From assembly GCA_964600575.1 (NCBI GenBank), contig CAZRJH010000005.1, forward strand, positions 8,040 through 72,039: a stretch of DNA of 64,000 nucleotides. Direction: 5' to 3'. Positions 9,528-19,173 of the stretch are shown one piece after another. The translations under genes and the position numbers were made by a program. Each line of letters begins with the position of its first letter. Within the stretch, counting starts at the first letter, position 1. The notes under the pieces are model-generated. The model had not been told where the DNA came from, ran no database searches, and saw only the letters and a program-made list of their open reading frames with translations. The stretch is from an uncultured Gammaproteobacteria bacterium. Lineage in GTDB: Bacteria; Patescibacteriota; Microgenomatia; UBA8517.

Positions 9528-10559
9528 TTAACCAAAAGGCACTTGGGGAGGGGCTCCGTCGGGCGGAGTCATGGGCGGAGGTGGCATGGGTGGCGCACCC
9601 GGGGGCGGTAAATTTTTGCCTTTGTGGGCCCTAAGATATTTGGCTATTGCAGCTATAATCGCAGCCAAAAGTGCCAAAAGAATTCCCCAAGCGGCAATCT
9701 TTTTAAGATCTATCTTTTTACCGGCAACCTGACTCTCCTCAGGTGCAGCTGTGGGCAAATTCAAAGGAGCGGGTGTGTATTTTTTGAGCACAATAAGTTG
9801 CGGTGTCGGTTTTACAACAGCAGAAGGCCTTGGGGTAGAAGACCTTGCCAGGACCCTAGGAGTGGGAGTTGGATTTGTACAACCGCAGGTGTTGTCACTC
9901 GGACAATCGGGGTTTCGGCAATATCCGCCGTCACAGTAAAGTCCCGCATTGCAGTTGTAATGGCTTCCGCATGTTCCGTTGCAGGCATTTGTCGGCCCTC
10001 CTGAATTGTTGTTATTGTTATTTCCACCATTGTTACCACCGTTATTGTTGTTTTCACCGCTATAGTTAATTCCCAAGGTGTTCAAAGAGGAACAGGAAAG
10101 GATATTGTTACCCGTCGAATTTAATATTTCCGTGTCGTTTCCCGAACCGTCACAATTAAAAGTTATTTGCCCGGAACCCGAAGTTTTTTGTGGGGTAAAT
10201 ACCAATGTTGCAAAAGTTCCCGTTCCGCTTTTGGTTTGATAAGCGGCGGAGAAGAAGCCGTGTAGTTCTACATTTGACCCGCTAGGTGCGTATGAAAAGT
10301 CCGAAAAGAAGTTTCCGTTTGTGGCCGATTTTAAAGTCATATCCGCAACAGGGAACTTTACAATTGCGTCTGCACCAAAGGCCTGGGTGCCGTCGGTATC
10401 AATCATTACGTTCACAACAAAATCGGAGTTGTAGGAACTTGTTGCGGCACTCGGTTCAAAATAAAGTCTGGCGGCGGCTTCTGCTTTGGCGGGGAGGACT
10501 GCAGCAAACACCAATAAAATAGCCGACAATAAAAATGATTTGGACAGTTTAATTTTCAT
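9528..10559 (-). CDS. membrane-anchored surface protein with an N-terminal cohesin-like beta-sandwich, Asn/Gly run, Cys-rich module, PT linker, C-terminal TM and Pro-rich tail
   Basis: Signal peptide and a domain FVVNVMIDTDGTQAFGADAIVKFP...GSGQITF whose pattern resembles cohesin. C-terminal TM IAAWGILLALLAAIIAAIA is followed by PPPGAPPMPPPPMTPP. Confidence 0.5.
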   Translation of the reverse strand: MKIKLSKSFLLSAILLVFAAVLPAKAEAAARLYFEPSAATSSYNSDFVVNVMIDTDGTQAFGADAIVKFPVADMTLKSATNGNFFSDFSYAPSGSNVELHGFFSAAYQTKSGTGTFATLVFTPQKTSGSGQITFNCDGSGNDTEILNSTGNNILSCSSLNTLGINYSGENNNNGGNNGGNNNNNNSGGPTNACNGTCGSHYNCNAGLYCDGGYCRNPDCPSDNTCGCTNPTPTPRVLARSSTPRPSAVVKPTPQLIVLKKYTPAPLNLPTAAPEESQVAGKKIDLKKIAAWGILLALLAAIIAAIAKYLRAHKGKNLPPPGAPPMPPPPMTPPDGAPPQVPFG

Positions 10560-12804
10560 CGTACTTCGTCTGCAAAGTTTGCCTCATTAAAAAGGCATCT
10601 TTAACATTAACATAACCGTCGTAGTTAAGATCCGCAGTCATTAAGTCCAAGTCTGTAAGAGCCGCATACGACTTACTCATTAATTGTGTTACTTTTGCAA
10701 AGTCCGCAGCATCCGCTCTGCCGTCTTGTATGTATAAATCACCCGGTTCAAGAGCAACTCCGGTAAAGTCCAATACAAATGCGGCCGGGTTTTGGGCGGG
10801 GGCGGGGACATTAATATTACCGTTACCTGTGCATTCACCTGTTTGCCCGGTTGCCTGACAGAACTTTCTGGCTAAGTGTTTTTCACCTTTTACATAAACT
10901 GCATATCCTTGTCCGCCGGCACTTGGGGGGAGGTAGTCGGGGGAAACAATGGCTTCGTAGACACCGCCGCCAATATGGTGGAATTCGATAGGCCCTGTTG
11001 TAAGGTCCGCAACGGGGACGCTTACAAATCTTATGTTTGCTTTTGCTCCTTCTGCATCTCCGCCACTAACTCCTGCAAACTTAATTCTTATATCAAATTG
11101 TTGAGACAGCTGCGCTTGGGTTAACTCGTATACAAAATTTGTACCGCTTGTGTTTTGAGGTACGTTTGGTGTGGTTGCTGTTATGTTAATAGAATGGTTG
11201 CCAAGGGCATAGCTGCTTGTTGGGGAAGTTACATCTATATAACTTGTGTAAGTTGCACCGGGAGCAACATTAAAGCTTGTTTGTCCAAAATTGATGTTCC
11301 ATCCGTTTGCTGTTGAATTACCGTTGGGCCATTGAACATTTCCTACTTGTAGATTTACAGTTGGTGTTCCGCAGTTAACATCATCGTTATTTTTAACAGA
11401 GAGGAAATATCTCACTGTTGTTCCTGGGTTTCCTTTTTGATTTGCAGGGGTAACGGTTAGAGCCAAAGGTCTTGAAGTGCAAGCCGTAGGGGGAGGTGTT
11501 CCGCAGACAGATGATCCGTTGGTTTTTACACAAATTCCTGATTGATCAGGGTGCGGTTGTCCGGACATTTGGCAAACCAAACCTGTCTGGCACTGTATTC
11601 CCGCAATTCCGCCACACATTCCGCATTCGGCACCAGTGGGTGGCGCAGAAGGAGTCGGGCTGGGAGATGCCGTAGGGGGAGGTGTTCCACCGCAAGGGCC
11701 TATGTAACCCATATATCCAAAGTTGGCAACATCTCCAAAAATAACGGGTGATGTAGAAAACGGACAATAAACATTGTTAGCGGGATTAAGTTGAGGGTCT
11801 TGGGAAATATTATGATTTAAACCCGTCTGATTGGAATATCCGTAGTAATTAAAGTCGTTACCAAAGACATCGTTGTATGTAAAAGTGGAGAAGGTGAGTC
11901 CGTTTTGTCCTTTTATTCCCGGTCCGTTATTGTCGGAAACTATATTGTATGAAAATTCATTGTTATTTGATTGGGTATAGCCCAACTCTATTCCTGATTG
12001 ATTATCTGTAAAAGTGTTTCTGGAGATTTGTAAGTCGTGGCTATCGTTTATTCTTAAACCGTATTCTCGGTTTCTATAAACTAAGTTGGCAACAACCTGT
12101 ACGGGGCCCGAGTTTTGAATAGCGATTGCATTGGCCGTGTCGTGAATTCTGTTGTTCATAACATTTATATCCGTTGATGTGGAAATCTCCAATCCTCCTG
12201 CAGAGCTTTGAATTTCGGTGTTATAAACACTTATATCGTGGGAACCCTGGATATCTACGGTGTGAGAGGTTTGTGAGTTGACACTCATATAACCCAGAGA
12301 AAAGTTGCTGCTGTTGAGAATGCTTATCATTCCATTGCTGGACCCGCCTTGAACCGTTAACCATTGAATAGATCCCGATGAGTTTTCAACTAAAAATCCC
12401 CATCCTCCCGGGGTAAAGTTAAGTACGGCAGCACCGTTGCCTGCAGAAGGGCTCCCTGTGATTGTTAAATTTGTTTTACCCGAAACATTAACTGTGGAAG
12501 GAACCGTGTATGAACCGGGGTTGATTTGGATAGTGTAACCCGAACCTGTTACCTGATTAACGGCATTTTGGATATCGTGGCAAGTTCCGTTTACATCCGT
12601 AACGGGGGTAACTGTAATTACTTTGTTTTGAGCAATACAAACTCCCGGTTCATTGCTTGATGCCCGCTTAAGCGGATTAAAGTTTAGGTTGATTATTGCC
12701 CATATAAATAAAGGTAAAGCCACAACCAAAGCGATGATGATACTTAAACTAAAGAGTTTTTTAGAAGATTTAGGCAACAACTTATAACGGGATAAAAGGT
12801 CCAT
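10549..12804 (-). CDS. large exported right-handed beta-helix protein with CBM1-like Cys module, CARDB-like region and C-terminal dockerin-like repeats
   Basis: N-terminal signal-anchor; repeated N..I..N.....I.......N motifs typical of pectate-lyase-fold beta-helices; CGMCGGIAGIQCQTGLVCQ...C resembles the CBM1 pattern; C-terminal DLNYDGYVNVKDAFLM matches the dockerin D.N.DG.VN..D..L consensus, preceded by a degenerate repeat DGRADAADFAKV. Overlaps the downstream gene by 11 nt. Confidence 0.55.
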   Translation of the reverse strand: MDLLSRYKLLPKSSKKLFSLSIIIALVVALPLFIWAIINLNFNPLKRASSNEPGVCIAQNKVITVTPVTDVNGTCHDIQNAVNQVTGSGYTIQINPGSYTVPSTVNVSGKTNLTITGSPSAGNGAAVLNFTPGGWGFLVENSSGSIQWLTVQGGSSNGMISILNSSNFSLGYMSVNSQTSHTVDIQGSHDISVYNTEIQSSAGGLEISTSTDINVMNNRIHDTANAIAIQNSGPVQVVANLVYRNREYGLRINDSHDLQISRNTFTDNQSGIELGYTQSNNNEFSYNIVSDNNGPGIKGQNGLTFSTFTYNDVFGNDFNYYGYSNQTGLNHNISQDPQLNPANNVYCPFSTSPVIFGDVANFGYMGYIGPCGGTPPPTASPSPTPSAPPTGAECGMCGGIAGIQCQTGLVCQMSGQPHPDQSGICVKTNGSSVCGTPPPTACTSRPLALTVTPANQKGNPGTTVRYFLSVKNNDDVNCGTPTVNLQVGNVQWPNGNSTANGWNINFGQTSFNVAPGATYTSYIDVTSPTSSYALGNHSINITATTPNVPQNTSGTNFVYELTQAQLSQQFDIRIKFAGVSGGDAEGAKANIRFVSVPVADLTTGPIEFHHIGGGVYEAIVSPDYLPPSAGGQGYAVYVKGEKHLARKFCQATGQTGECTGNGNINVPAPAQNPAAFVLDFTGVALEPGDLYIQDGRADAADFAKVTQLMSKSYAALTDLDLMTADLNYDGYVNVKDAFLMRQTLQTKYDEN

Positions 12805-12836
12805 CTCAAAATCATATTAGTTCTACTAAAAATTGT

Positions 12837-13907
12837 TTGCAAGTGGGGATATATACTTTGTATATGTTTAATTTCTTCTTAATTTTTTGGCTGGCTTTAC
12901 TCCCTCTTGTTAACTTTGATGGACACTTTGAAGAACCCAAAATTTTGATTTTCTTAATAGGAAACTTTTTACTTTTTATAAATTGGATAATTAAAGGCGG
13001 AACTCAAAAGTTATTTCTAAAAAAGTCCGACTATTTATATTTGATTTGGATTTTAGTTTTGGGAATTTCGAGCTTTGTTTCCGGGGATTTCGCCGCCGGT
13101 ATAACCGGCGGGGGCTATAGGCACCAGGGAATACTTTTTTTCTTTTCGCTTTGGATAATTGGGAAGACTGTTGAATCACTACCTTCTAACAAAAAGGATT
13201 TGTTGGGCAGGTTTATCTCGTATGTTGTTCTTTGCGAAGTCTTAATTGTTTTTGCTCAAATTGTTTCGGGGAAGGTCTATTTTGGCAGGCCTCTGGGAAC
13301 AATGGGAGATCCAAATGCGGTTGCCGGCGTTCTTTCGATTGGAATTTATTTCGTAGGTGAGTATTTACCTTCTATTTTTTCGCTTGGGGTCTTTGCGGCA
13401 ATAATTTTAACCTGGTCCAAATCCGGTATTTTGTCGGTGGTCACCTATTCGGCGGGATTGTTGCAAAAAAAATTTGGCAAAGCCCTTATTCTTGTTGCAA
13501 TTTCCTCGGCTGCTATTTGGGCTATGTTCTCATATGCAACCTCGGATAACACTTCATTCTTTGAAGATCGTAGGGTTATCTGGGATATTGCAATACAAGC
13601 AATTTCCCAAAAACCTCTTCTTGGTTGGGGCGTGGGGCAAACAGAGCAAATCTACATCAGTAGCTTTTATAAAAAGGGTATACCTTTAGAATCTTTGGAT
13701 ATAGATAGTGCCCACAACTTGTTATTGGATATTGTGCTGGCGTCCGGCATCATTGGGGCAGCTATTTTTGCATACTATATATACAGTCTCTTTTATGAAC
13801 TTAGTTTTGCTAAAAAAGTAGGTATTTGTTGTTTTTTGGTTTATTCGATGTTTCAACCATTAATGGTCTCACATTGGTTATTGGCAACAATTTTAATTTT
13901 CATTTGA
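12837..13907 (+). CDS. O-antigen ligase/polymerase-like (Wzy_C) membrane protein, second paralog
   Basis: Multi-TM protein; motif SAHNLLLDIVLASGIIGAAIFAYYI. Confidence 0.55.
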   Translation: MQVGIYTLYMFNFFLIFWLALLPLVNFDGHFEEPKILIFLIGNFLLFINWIIKGGTQKLFLKKSDYLYLIWILVLGISSFVSGDFAAGITGGGYRHQGILFFFSLWIIGKTVESLPSNKKDLLGRFISYVVLCEVLIVFAQIVSGKVYFGRPLGTMGDPNAVAGVLSIGIYFVGEYLPSIFSLGVFAAIILTWSKSGILSVVTYSAGLLQKKFGKALILVAISSAAIWAMFSYATSDNTSFFEDRRVIWDIAIQAISQKPLLGWGVGQTEQIYISSFYKKGIPLESLDIDSAHNLLLDIVLASGIIGAAIFAYYIYSLFYELSFAKKVGICCFLVYSMFQPLMVSHWLLATILIFI

Positions 13908-13941
13908 AAAATAACGGGTAAGTTGTGTTAATATATTTCCG

Positions 13942-14946
13942 ATGGCCAAGAAAGCTTTAATTACAGGAATTACAGGGCAAGACGGCAGTTACCTGGCCGA
14001 ACTTCTTTTGGAGAAAGACTACGAAGTTTCGGGCATTGTCCGCAAAACCTCGCACGAAGAATATGCCAACATCGGTCATATTCAGGACGATCTAAAGCTC
14101 TTCCAGGGTGATTTGCTCGACCCGGTGTCTCTTAGAGAAATAATTCAAAAAGTAGAACCCGACGAGGTTTACAACTTGGCATCACAATCCCATCCTTCGG
14201 AGAGTTTTAAGCAGCCCATTCATACTGCAGAGATTACAGGAATCGGCGCCCACAGGGTTTTGGATGCAACCTTAGATGTTAATCCCAGAACAAAGTTTTA
14301 CCAAGCAAGTAGTAGCGAGATGTTTGGTTGGGTAAGGGAAATTCCCCAGACAGAAGACACGCCTTTTAATCCCGCAAACCCTTACGCGGCCGCAAAACTT
14401 TACGCATACGCAATGACTCGTATTTACCGTGAGAGCTACAATATGTATGCAACAAACGGAATTTTGTTTAATCATGAATCTCCCAGAAGACATTTAGGTT
14501 TTGTTACTCAAAAAGTTACCTACGCGGCCGCCTGCGCCAAGTTAGAAGTTAAAAACTCAGTTCATCTTAACGAAGAAGGCGAACCGATTGTAAAAGACAG
14601 AAAAGTTTCGTTGGGGAATCTTGAGGCAAAAAGAGATTGGGGTTTTGCAAAAGATTATGTAGAAGCAATGTATTTAATGATGCAGGCAGATAAACCCGAC
14701 GATTTTGTTGTGGCAACAGGGGAGACTCATTCGATCAAAGAACTTTGCGAAGAAGCATTCACTTATGTAAATCTGGACTGGAACGACTATGTAATTATAG
14801 ACAAACGCTTCGTAAGGCCCACAGAAACGGGTCCGTTGGTGGGTAGTCCTAAAAAAGCTAAGGATATACTAGGCTGGGAGCCAAAAACTTCATTCAAGGA
14901 TTTGGTGCATCAAATGGTAGATGCACATGTGGCGAGGCTAAAATAA
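13942..14946 (+). CDS. gmd: GDP-mannose 4,6-dehydratase
   Basis: ALITGITGQDGSYLAELLLEKDYEVSGIVRKTS and an SDR catalytic YxxxK are present. Confidence 0.9.
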   Translation: MAKKALITGITGQDGSYLAELLLEKDYEVSGIVRKTSHEEYANIGHIQDDLKLFQGDLLDPVSLREIIQKVEPDEVYNLASQSHPSESFKQPIHTAEITGIGAHRVLDATLDVNPRTKFYQASSSEMFGWVREIPQTEDTPFNPANPYAAAKLYAYAMTRIYRESYNMYATNGILFNHESPRRHLGFVTQKVTYAAACAKLEVKNSVHLNEEGEPIVKDRKVSLGNLEAKRDWGFAKDYVEAMYLMMQADKPDDFVVATGETHSIKELCEEAFTYVNLDWNDYVIIDKRFVRPTETGPLVGSPKKAKDILGWEPKTSFKDLVHQMVDAHVARLK

Positions 14947-14966
14947 GCTGATTTCTCCTAAAAATG

Positions 14967-15010
14967 TTTCCGGAAGGCAAAACTTGTTGTTTTTGCTTGC
15001 CTTCCGGAAA
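14967..15010. terminator. bidirectional rho-independent terminator between gmd and the convergent small gene
   Basis: Perfect 14-bp stem tttccggaaggcaa / ttgccttccggaaa with T-rich flanks. Confidence 0.55.
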
Positions 15011-15082
15011 TTAGGGATTACTTTTTACCTGTTTTTGGTGTGGTACGCTGCCCCTGTTTGATCTTCTTTTTCTTGGACATTT

Positions 15083-15379
15083 TTACTCCACAAAATCAGC
15101 GTACTGATCTTCCGATTCCGAAGGAACAGCCTCTTCATCGGGTACCTGTAACCAGGAAAGTTGTCCGGTCGGAATTGCCTCGTGTTGCTTGCGCTCAGCC
15201 GGGTGAACCACGTCGTGCAGGCGGGTATGGTTCATCCAGGTATGAGGGTGACATCTGCGACAGGTGGGATTATCACCGGAATGTTTGGGTTCGCAGATAC
15301 AATTCGGGTGGCACTTCGGACATTTCTTATTTTTGCCCGAACCGACAGGGCGACATACACATTTGACTGAATCGGCCAT
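15083..15379 (-). CDS. Cys/His-rich small protein (four CxC/CxxC pairs) with acidic C-terminus
   Basis: 98 aa beginning MADSVKCVCRP..CPKCHPNCICEP..CRRCHPH. An AGGAG Shine-Dalgarno sits upstream, and local GC is higher than the flanking DNA. Confidence 0.45.
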   Translation of the reverse strand: MADSVKCVCRPVGSGKNKKCPKCHPNCICEPKHSGDNPTCRRCHPHTWMNHTRLHDVVHPAERKQHEAIPTGQLSWLQVPDEEAVPSESEDQYADFVE

Positions 15380-15503
15380 ATAACTCTCCTGAAAAAAAGT
15401 AATAGTTGTTCTCTGTAAGGTGCAAGAGAAATCAAGCCTATTATACGCATAATTTGGTAACGGTCAACTTGACCTTCCTGGAGTTATCGTGCAATTATGA
15501 ATT

Positions 15504-16748
15504 ATGGTAGGGAAGCGTTTTTTTGAGACAGTAAAAGACCCGCTTTGGTTAAAGGTTTTTTCTTTTTCGTTAGTACTATTCTTCCTTTTTCTAGGGGATG
15601 CCATCCTTTCTTTTTGGGTTCCCAATCTTTTGGAAGATGCTATGGGCAGCTCCTTTGTAATGGGACTGGTCATGAGCTTTTCTTCGGTGGTGGGGCTTGT
15701 AATGGATTTAATTTTTCCTCAGTTGATTCAAAACGTGACGGTAAAAAGACTTGTGGTTTTTTCTGCAGGTACCAGCATACTTTTTTCCGTATCGCTTTTA
15801 ACAGCGCTTGAAATGCCGGTTATCTGGATATTTCTTTTGGCAATGGCAATTTGGGGGATTTATTATGAGTTCTTTGGATTTGCCGAACAGCAGTTTATTG
15901 CAGATACGCTACCTCTAAAAATGCGTTCGAGCGGTTGGGCTTTTTATGGGGTATTCAAGAATCTGGCTTATTTTTTGGGCCCTTTAATAGCTGCCTGGTT
16001 GGTAATCAAGGGCGAGTGGGCTCCTGCGGCGAGTGCAATATTCTTTGTAACGATAGGGACGGCTTTCCTTTTTATTTTCAAAAAGAGCCACGATCGAAAG
16101 TTTAATGTTGAATTTAAGAAGGTAAATGTATTTGCGGAGATGGGTCACTGGAAGGTCCTGTTTGAACATGTTTGGCCGATGATTCTTCTTAGCCTTGTTT
16201 TAGGCCTAATTGACGCTACTTTTTGGACAACAGGAACCGTTTTAACGGAAAAGCTGGCAAGAGAAAATTTTGCGGGGAGTTTTTTCCTTTCTTTGTATCA
16301 GTTGCCCCCGATGTTTATGGGTCTGGTTATGAGTAGGATGGCAATTTCCGAAGGCAAAAAGAAGCTTGCAATCAAATTCCTTTTGGTTTCGGGAGTTCTT
16401 TTGGTATTAATGGGTTTTACATCGAATGTTTATTTGATACTTGGTGCAGTCTTTGCTTCCAGTGTGGCCTTGGCGGTTTCTTATCCTTTGGTTAACGCCG
16501 TTTATTCGGACATTGTGGCAAGAATGGGTAGGGAACGCAGACATTTAATAGGGTTAAACAACTCCTCAATAAGCGTTGCTTATATAATCGGCCCTGTTTT
16601 GGCGGGATTTATAACAACTCTGGTGGGGGATGAAAAAACATTTTCGGTAATAGGGGCCCTGGCTGTAGTAGTTGGGGCGATACTTTTGGTTGTTACACCT
16701 AAAAAGATCAAACTTCCGGAGAATGTGATTGAGACTTGGGATAGGTAA
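15504..16748 (+). CDS. MFS transporter
   Basis: About 12 predicted TM helices with MFS-like topology and loop motifs. Confidence 0.75.
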   Translation: MVGKRFFETVKDPLWLKVFSFSLVLFFLFLGDAILSFWVPNLLEDAMGSSFVMGLVMSFSSVVGLVMDLIFPQLIQNVTVKRLVVFSAGTSILFSVSLLTALEMPVIWIFLLAMAIWGIYYEFFGFAEQQFIADTLPLKMRSSGWAFYGVFKNLAYFLGPLIAAWLVIKGEWAPAASAIFFVTIGTAFLFIFKKSHDRKFNVEFKKVNVFAEMGHWKVLFEHVWPMILLSLVLGLIDATFWTTGTVLTEKLARENFAGSFFLSLYQLPPMFMGLVMSRMAISEGKKKLAIKFLLVSGVLLVLMGFTSNVYLILGAVFASSVALAVSYPLVNAVYSDIVARMGRERRHLIGLNNSSISVAYIIGPVLAGFITTLVGDEKTFSVIGALAVVVGAILLVVTPKKIKLPENVIETWDR

Positions 16749-16818
16749 TTAAGCCGGGCACACTCCTTTGTAAATTCAAAAAAAAGGAGCGTACCCGTCT
16801 TTCTGATTCCAACCGGAA

Positions 16819-17322
16819 TCAATTATTGCGATAATTTCCGCCGGGGAAACCGCCGCCGCCAAGCATCTGGCTGATGACTAAGATTGCCGCAAGACTCGCG
16901 AGTGCGTGTCTGCCGCTACCTTGAATCAAAGCAATTTCTGACTTGGCCTCAAGGTAATCCTCGATATAAATATCTTTGGACTCCAAAAGCGCGGTGTTGA
17001 TATCGCCATTGGCTTCTACCTCGGTAACCAGTTGTGTCCACAAGTTGATAACTTGAGGAATCTCACTCTTGGTTGCCTCGACCAACGCTTCGATGCCATA
17101 GAATTTGGCGATGATGTCTTCTGCCTGAATTCCTTGATCGTAGCCTCGCAAACGAGTGGTCATTGCCATGTCTTTCTGCATACCGTTTTTGAAGGCAAGC
17201 GGTCGCTGGCAGGCTGGTCGGCAATTGCACGGCCGCCAAAGGTATCTCTCGCCGTTATAGGTGAACATTTCGCCTTGCGGGGGGAGCGCGAAGAGGTCAC
17301 CGTCCCAATCTAAAAGAGCCAT
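16819..17322 (-). CDS. hypothetical Cys-motif protein, paralog A (CxCxxxC-RP core, MTTRxRG, Gly-rich tail)
   Basis: 167 aa; clearly paralogous to 17478..17954 (shared W.DGD..ALP...Y.G..Y.W..C.C....RP..F, MTTR[LI]RG, EVE.NG, Gly-rich C-terminus). GC-rich codon usage and a strong GGAGG Shine-Dalgarno. Confidence 0.55.
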   Translation of the reverse strand: MALLDWDGDLFALPPQGEMFTYNGERYLWRPCNCRPACQRPLAFKNGMQKDMAMTTRLRGYDQGIQAEDIIAKFYGIEALVEATKSEIPQVINLWTQLVTEVEANGDINTALLESKDIYIEDYLEAKSEIALIQGSGRHALASLAAILVISQMLGGGGFPGGNYRNN

Positions 17323-17420
17323 ATCTACCTCCAGACATAATACGAATAGACAATACTGAGCGTGCAGTATAGCAAATTATATTAAATAAGTCAAATTATA
17401 GGATATATCTTAAATTGTGA

Positions 17421-17465
17421 AGAAAAATAGAGGCGTGCTCTTTCGAGATCTAAATGAAAGAGCAC
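17421..17465 (-). terminator. rho-independent terminator after paralog B
   Basis: 10-bp stem gtgctctttc/gaaagagcac followed on the minus strand by a T-run. Confidence 0.45.
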
Positions 17466-17477
17466 ACCTGCTTGGGT

Positions 17478-17954
17478 CTAGTTCAAAAGCGGGTCGCCGC
17501 CAAAAAGACCGTCTCCGCCTAAGCCGGAAAGCGGGATGATTATCATCGACCGCCGCATCTCGGCAAGCATCTCTTCCAGGTCGACCTTGGCTTCTTTGTA
17601 TTCCGCGACGGTAATGTCTCTGGAAGTCAGTTGCGCTTCGTTGAGTGTCCCGTTGGGTTCAACTTCTGCAACCAGGTCTTCCCAGGTGTTCAAAGGGTTT
17701 TCGCCGGATTCGATGCGATTGACGAATTCGTCCATACCGATGAACTTGACGATGACATTTTCGAACGGCGCACCTTGGTTAAGGCCGCGGATACGGGTTG
17801 TCATTGGCTGATCGTAGTCGCCCGCGAGGGTGAATACCGCGGGACGCCCGCATTCGCAGGGGCAGTCGATCCAGCGATAAGTATTGCCGCCATATTCGAA
17901 CGGCAAGTCCTTTGTGGGAAGAGCCGATGAATCGCCATTCCATTTTTGAGTCAT
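17478..17954 (-). CDS. hypothetical Cys-motif protein, paralog B
   Basis: 158 aa, same family as 16819..17322 (CPCECGRP). GC-rich, own GGAGG Shine-Dalgarno and terminator. Confidence 0.55.
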   Translation of the reverse strand: MTQKWNGDSSALPTKDLPFEYGGNTYRWIDCPCECGRPAVFTLAGDYDQPMTTRIRGLNQGAPFENVIVKFIGMDEFVNRIESGENPLNTWEDLVAEVEPNGTLNEAQLTSRDITVAEYKEAKVDLEEMLAEMRRSMIIIPLSGLGGDGLFGGDPLLN

Positions 17955-18084
17955 GTTTACCTCCGTAAACGGTTAAGATTGGGAATAAAGTGCGAAAGTC
18001 AATTTTATATTAACAGGCACAAAATGTCAAATTATAGGGTTAAATTGAATAAATTGGGTAATAAATAATGGATGTGTAATTAGA

Positions 18085-18140
18085 GGAAAAAGAGGAAAAA
18101 TGTAGCTTAGCAGGCAACTGTGTTCAAAAGTTGCCTGCTA
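18085..18140 (-). terminator. rho-independent terminator after the Ala/Lys-rich gene
   Basis: 12-bp stem tagcaggcaact/agttgcctgcta with a 9-nt loop; T-rich on minus downstream. Confidence 0.45.
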
Positions 18141-18172
18141 AGGCTGTGCTGTGGATCAGCAAGGAATGCTGT

Positions 18173-18538
18173 TTAGGCTTCGGGTTGTTCGGGTTTCTGA
18201 GTCTTGGGTTTGCGGGTGCGCTTCACGGAAGGATCGCGAGTAGGTACACTCGTAATGCCTGCCTTTTTGGCGGCTTCCTTGACCAGATTCAGGTTGACCT
18301 TGGCATCCCGTGCCCCAGCGAAAGCGTCGAGCGCACCCTTGAGGGCGGCCGCGAATTCGGCGTTGGCATCCTTGTTCTTGCGGTCGGCGTGGTAGAGGGC
18401 AAGGCGTGAAATCTCAGCGTAAGTGGGAAGACCCGCTTCGCGAAGAGCCGCGTCCAATACGACAACGTTGACCTTCTTGGCACCGGATTTCTCACGGAGA
18501 GTACCGATCCAGGCAGTGAAAGAAACAAAAGGATTCAT
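18173..18538 (-). CDS. hypothetical Ala/Lys-rich protein with basic C-terminal tail
   Basis: 121 aa ending KRTRKPKTQKPEQPEA; GC-rich (GCC/CTG codons); AAGGAG Shine-Dalgarno. Confidence 0.5.
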   Translation of the reverse strand: MNPFVSFTAWIGTLREKSGAKKVNVVVLDAALREAGLPTYAEISRLALYHADRKNKDANAEFAAALKGALDAFAGARDAKVNLNLVKEAAKKAGITSVPTRDPSVKRTRKPKTQKPEQPEA

Positions 18539-18785
18539 GTTGGCTCCTTGTCGAACTTTCTTGATTGAATAATTAAGTGCAAACTAACTACTGTCTTGCT
18601 TATTCAGCAATAGGGACATACTAACATATCCTGTAGTATTTGTCAAGTGTGACAACACTTTTTTGCACAGAATGGCGAAAATATAAAACAAATCTTAAGT
18701 TATGTCAAAAAATAGCCTCAAAATCGAAGATTTTTGTTGTGATACAATCTTTTTTGCTTGCACTTTGTTAGCTAAGGAGTAGCCA

Positions 18786-19163
18786 ATGGCCAAGAAAAAG
18801 AAGAAGGACCCAGGTCTTCCTAAGGGCCCCAAATGCGTCATATTTTTCAGAGGGGAGCTTATCAAAGGAATACGGGCTAAAGACGGATCTGTCTATTGCG
18901 AGGACGGCCACCGCTATCTTGCGGATGAAACGGGCCGGTACCACTATGCAGATGGAACCAAATCGCCGGACCTTATTTATACCATGGCTGATTTTGGCAG
19001 AATTGAATATCGCCCAGACGGCGTATACAGATGTCAGGAATCTGACGGTGTTCTGCGCATGGTTCGAATTCAAGCACTGCCTCGTTCGGTTGTTTCTTTG
19101 AGTCTGGACAATATTCATCGTTACGGGCGCTATCCTGCAAGTAGGACAAAAGTATCAAAATAG
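18786..19163 (+). CDS. hypothetical protein (Lys-rich N-terminus)
   Basis: 125 aa, AAGGAG Shine-Dalgarno 8 nt upstream, followed by a terminator. Confidence 0.5.
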   Translation: MAKKKKKDPGLPKGPKCVIFFRGELIKGIRAKDGSVYCEDGHRYLADETGRYHYADGTKSPDLIYTMADFGRIEYRPDGVYRCQESDGVLRMVRIQALPRSVVSLSLDNIHRYGRYPASRTKVSK

Positions 19164-19173
19164 TAAGCAAGTA

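Noticed and set aside
16819-17954. Paralogs as encapsulin cargo or ferredoxin-thioredoxin-reductase-like proteins
   Set aside because: The Gly-rich tails and CPC/CxC motifs are suggestive, but no encapsulin shell gene or FTR partner is nearby and the spacing does not match the FTR CPC...CHC site; left as unknown family.
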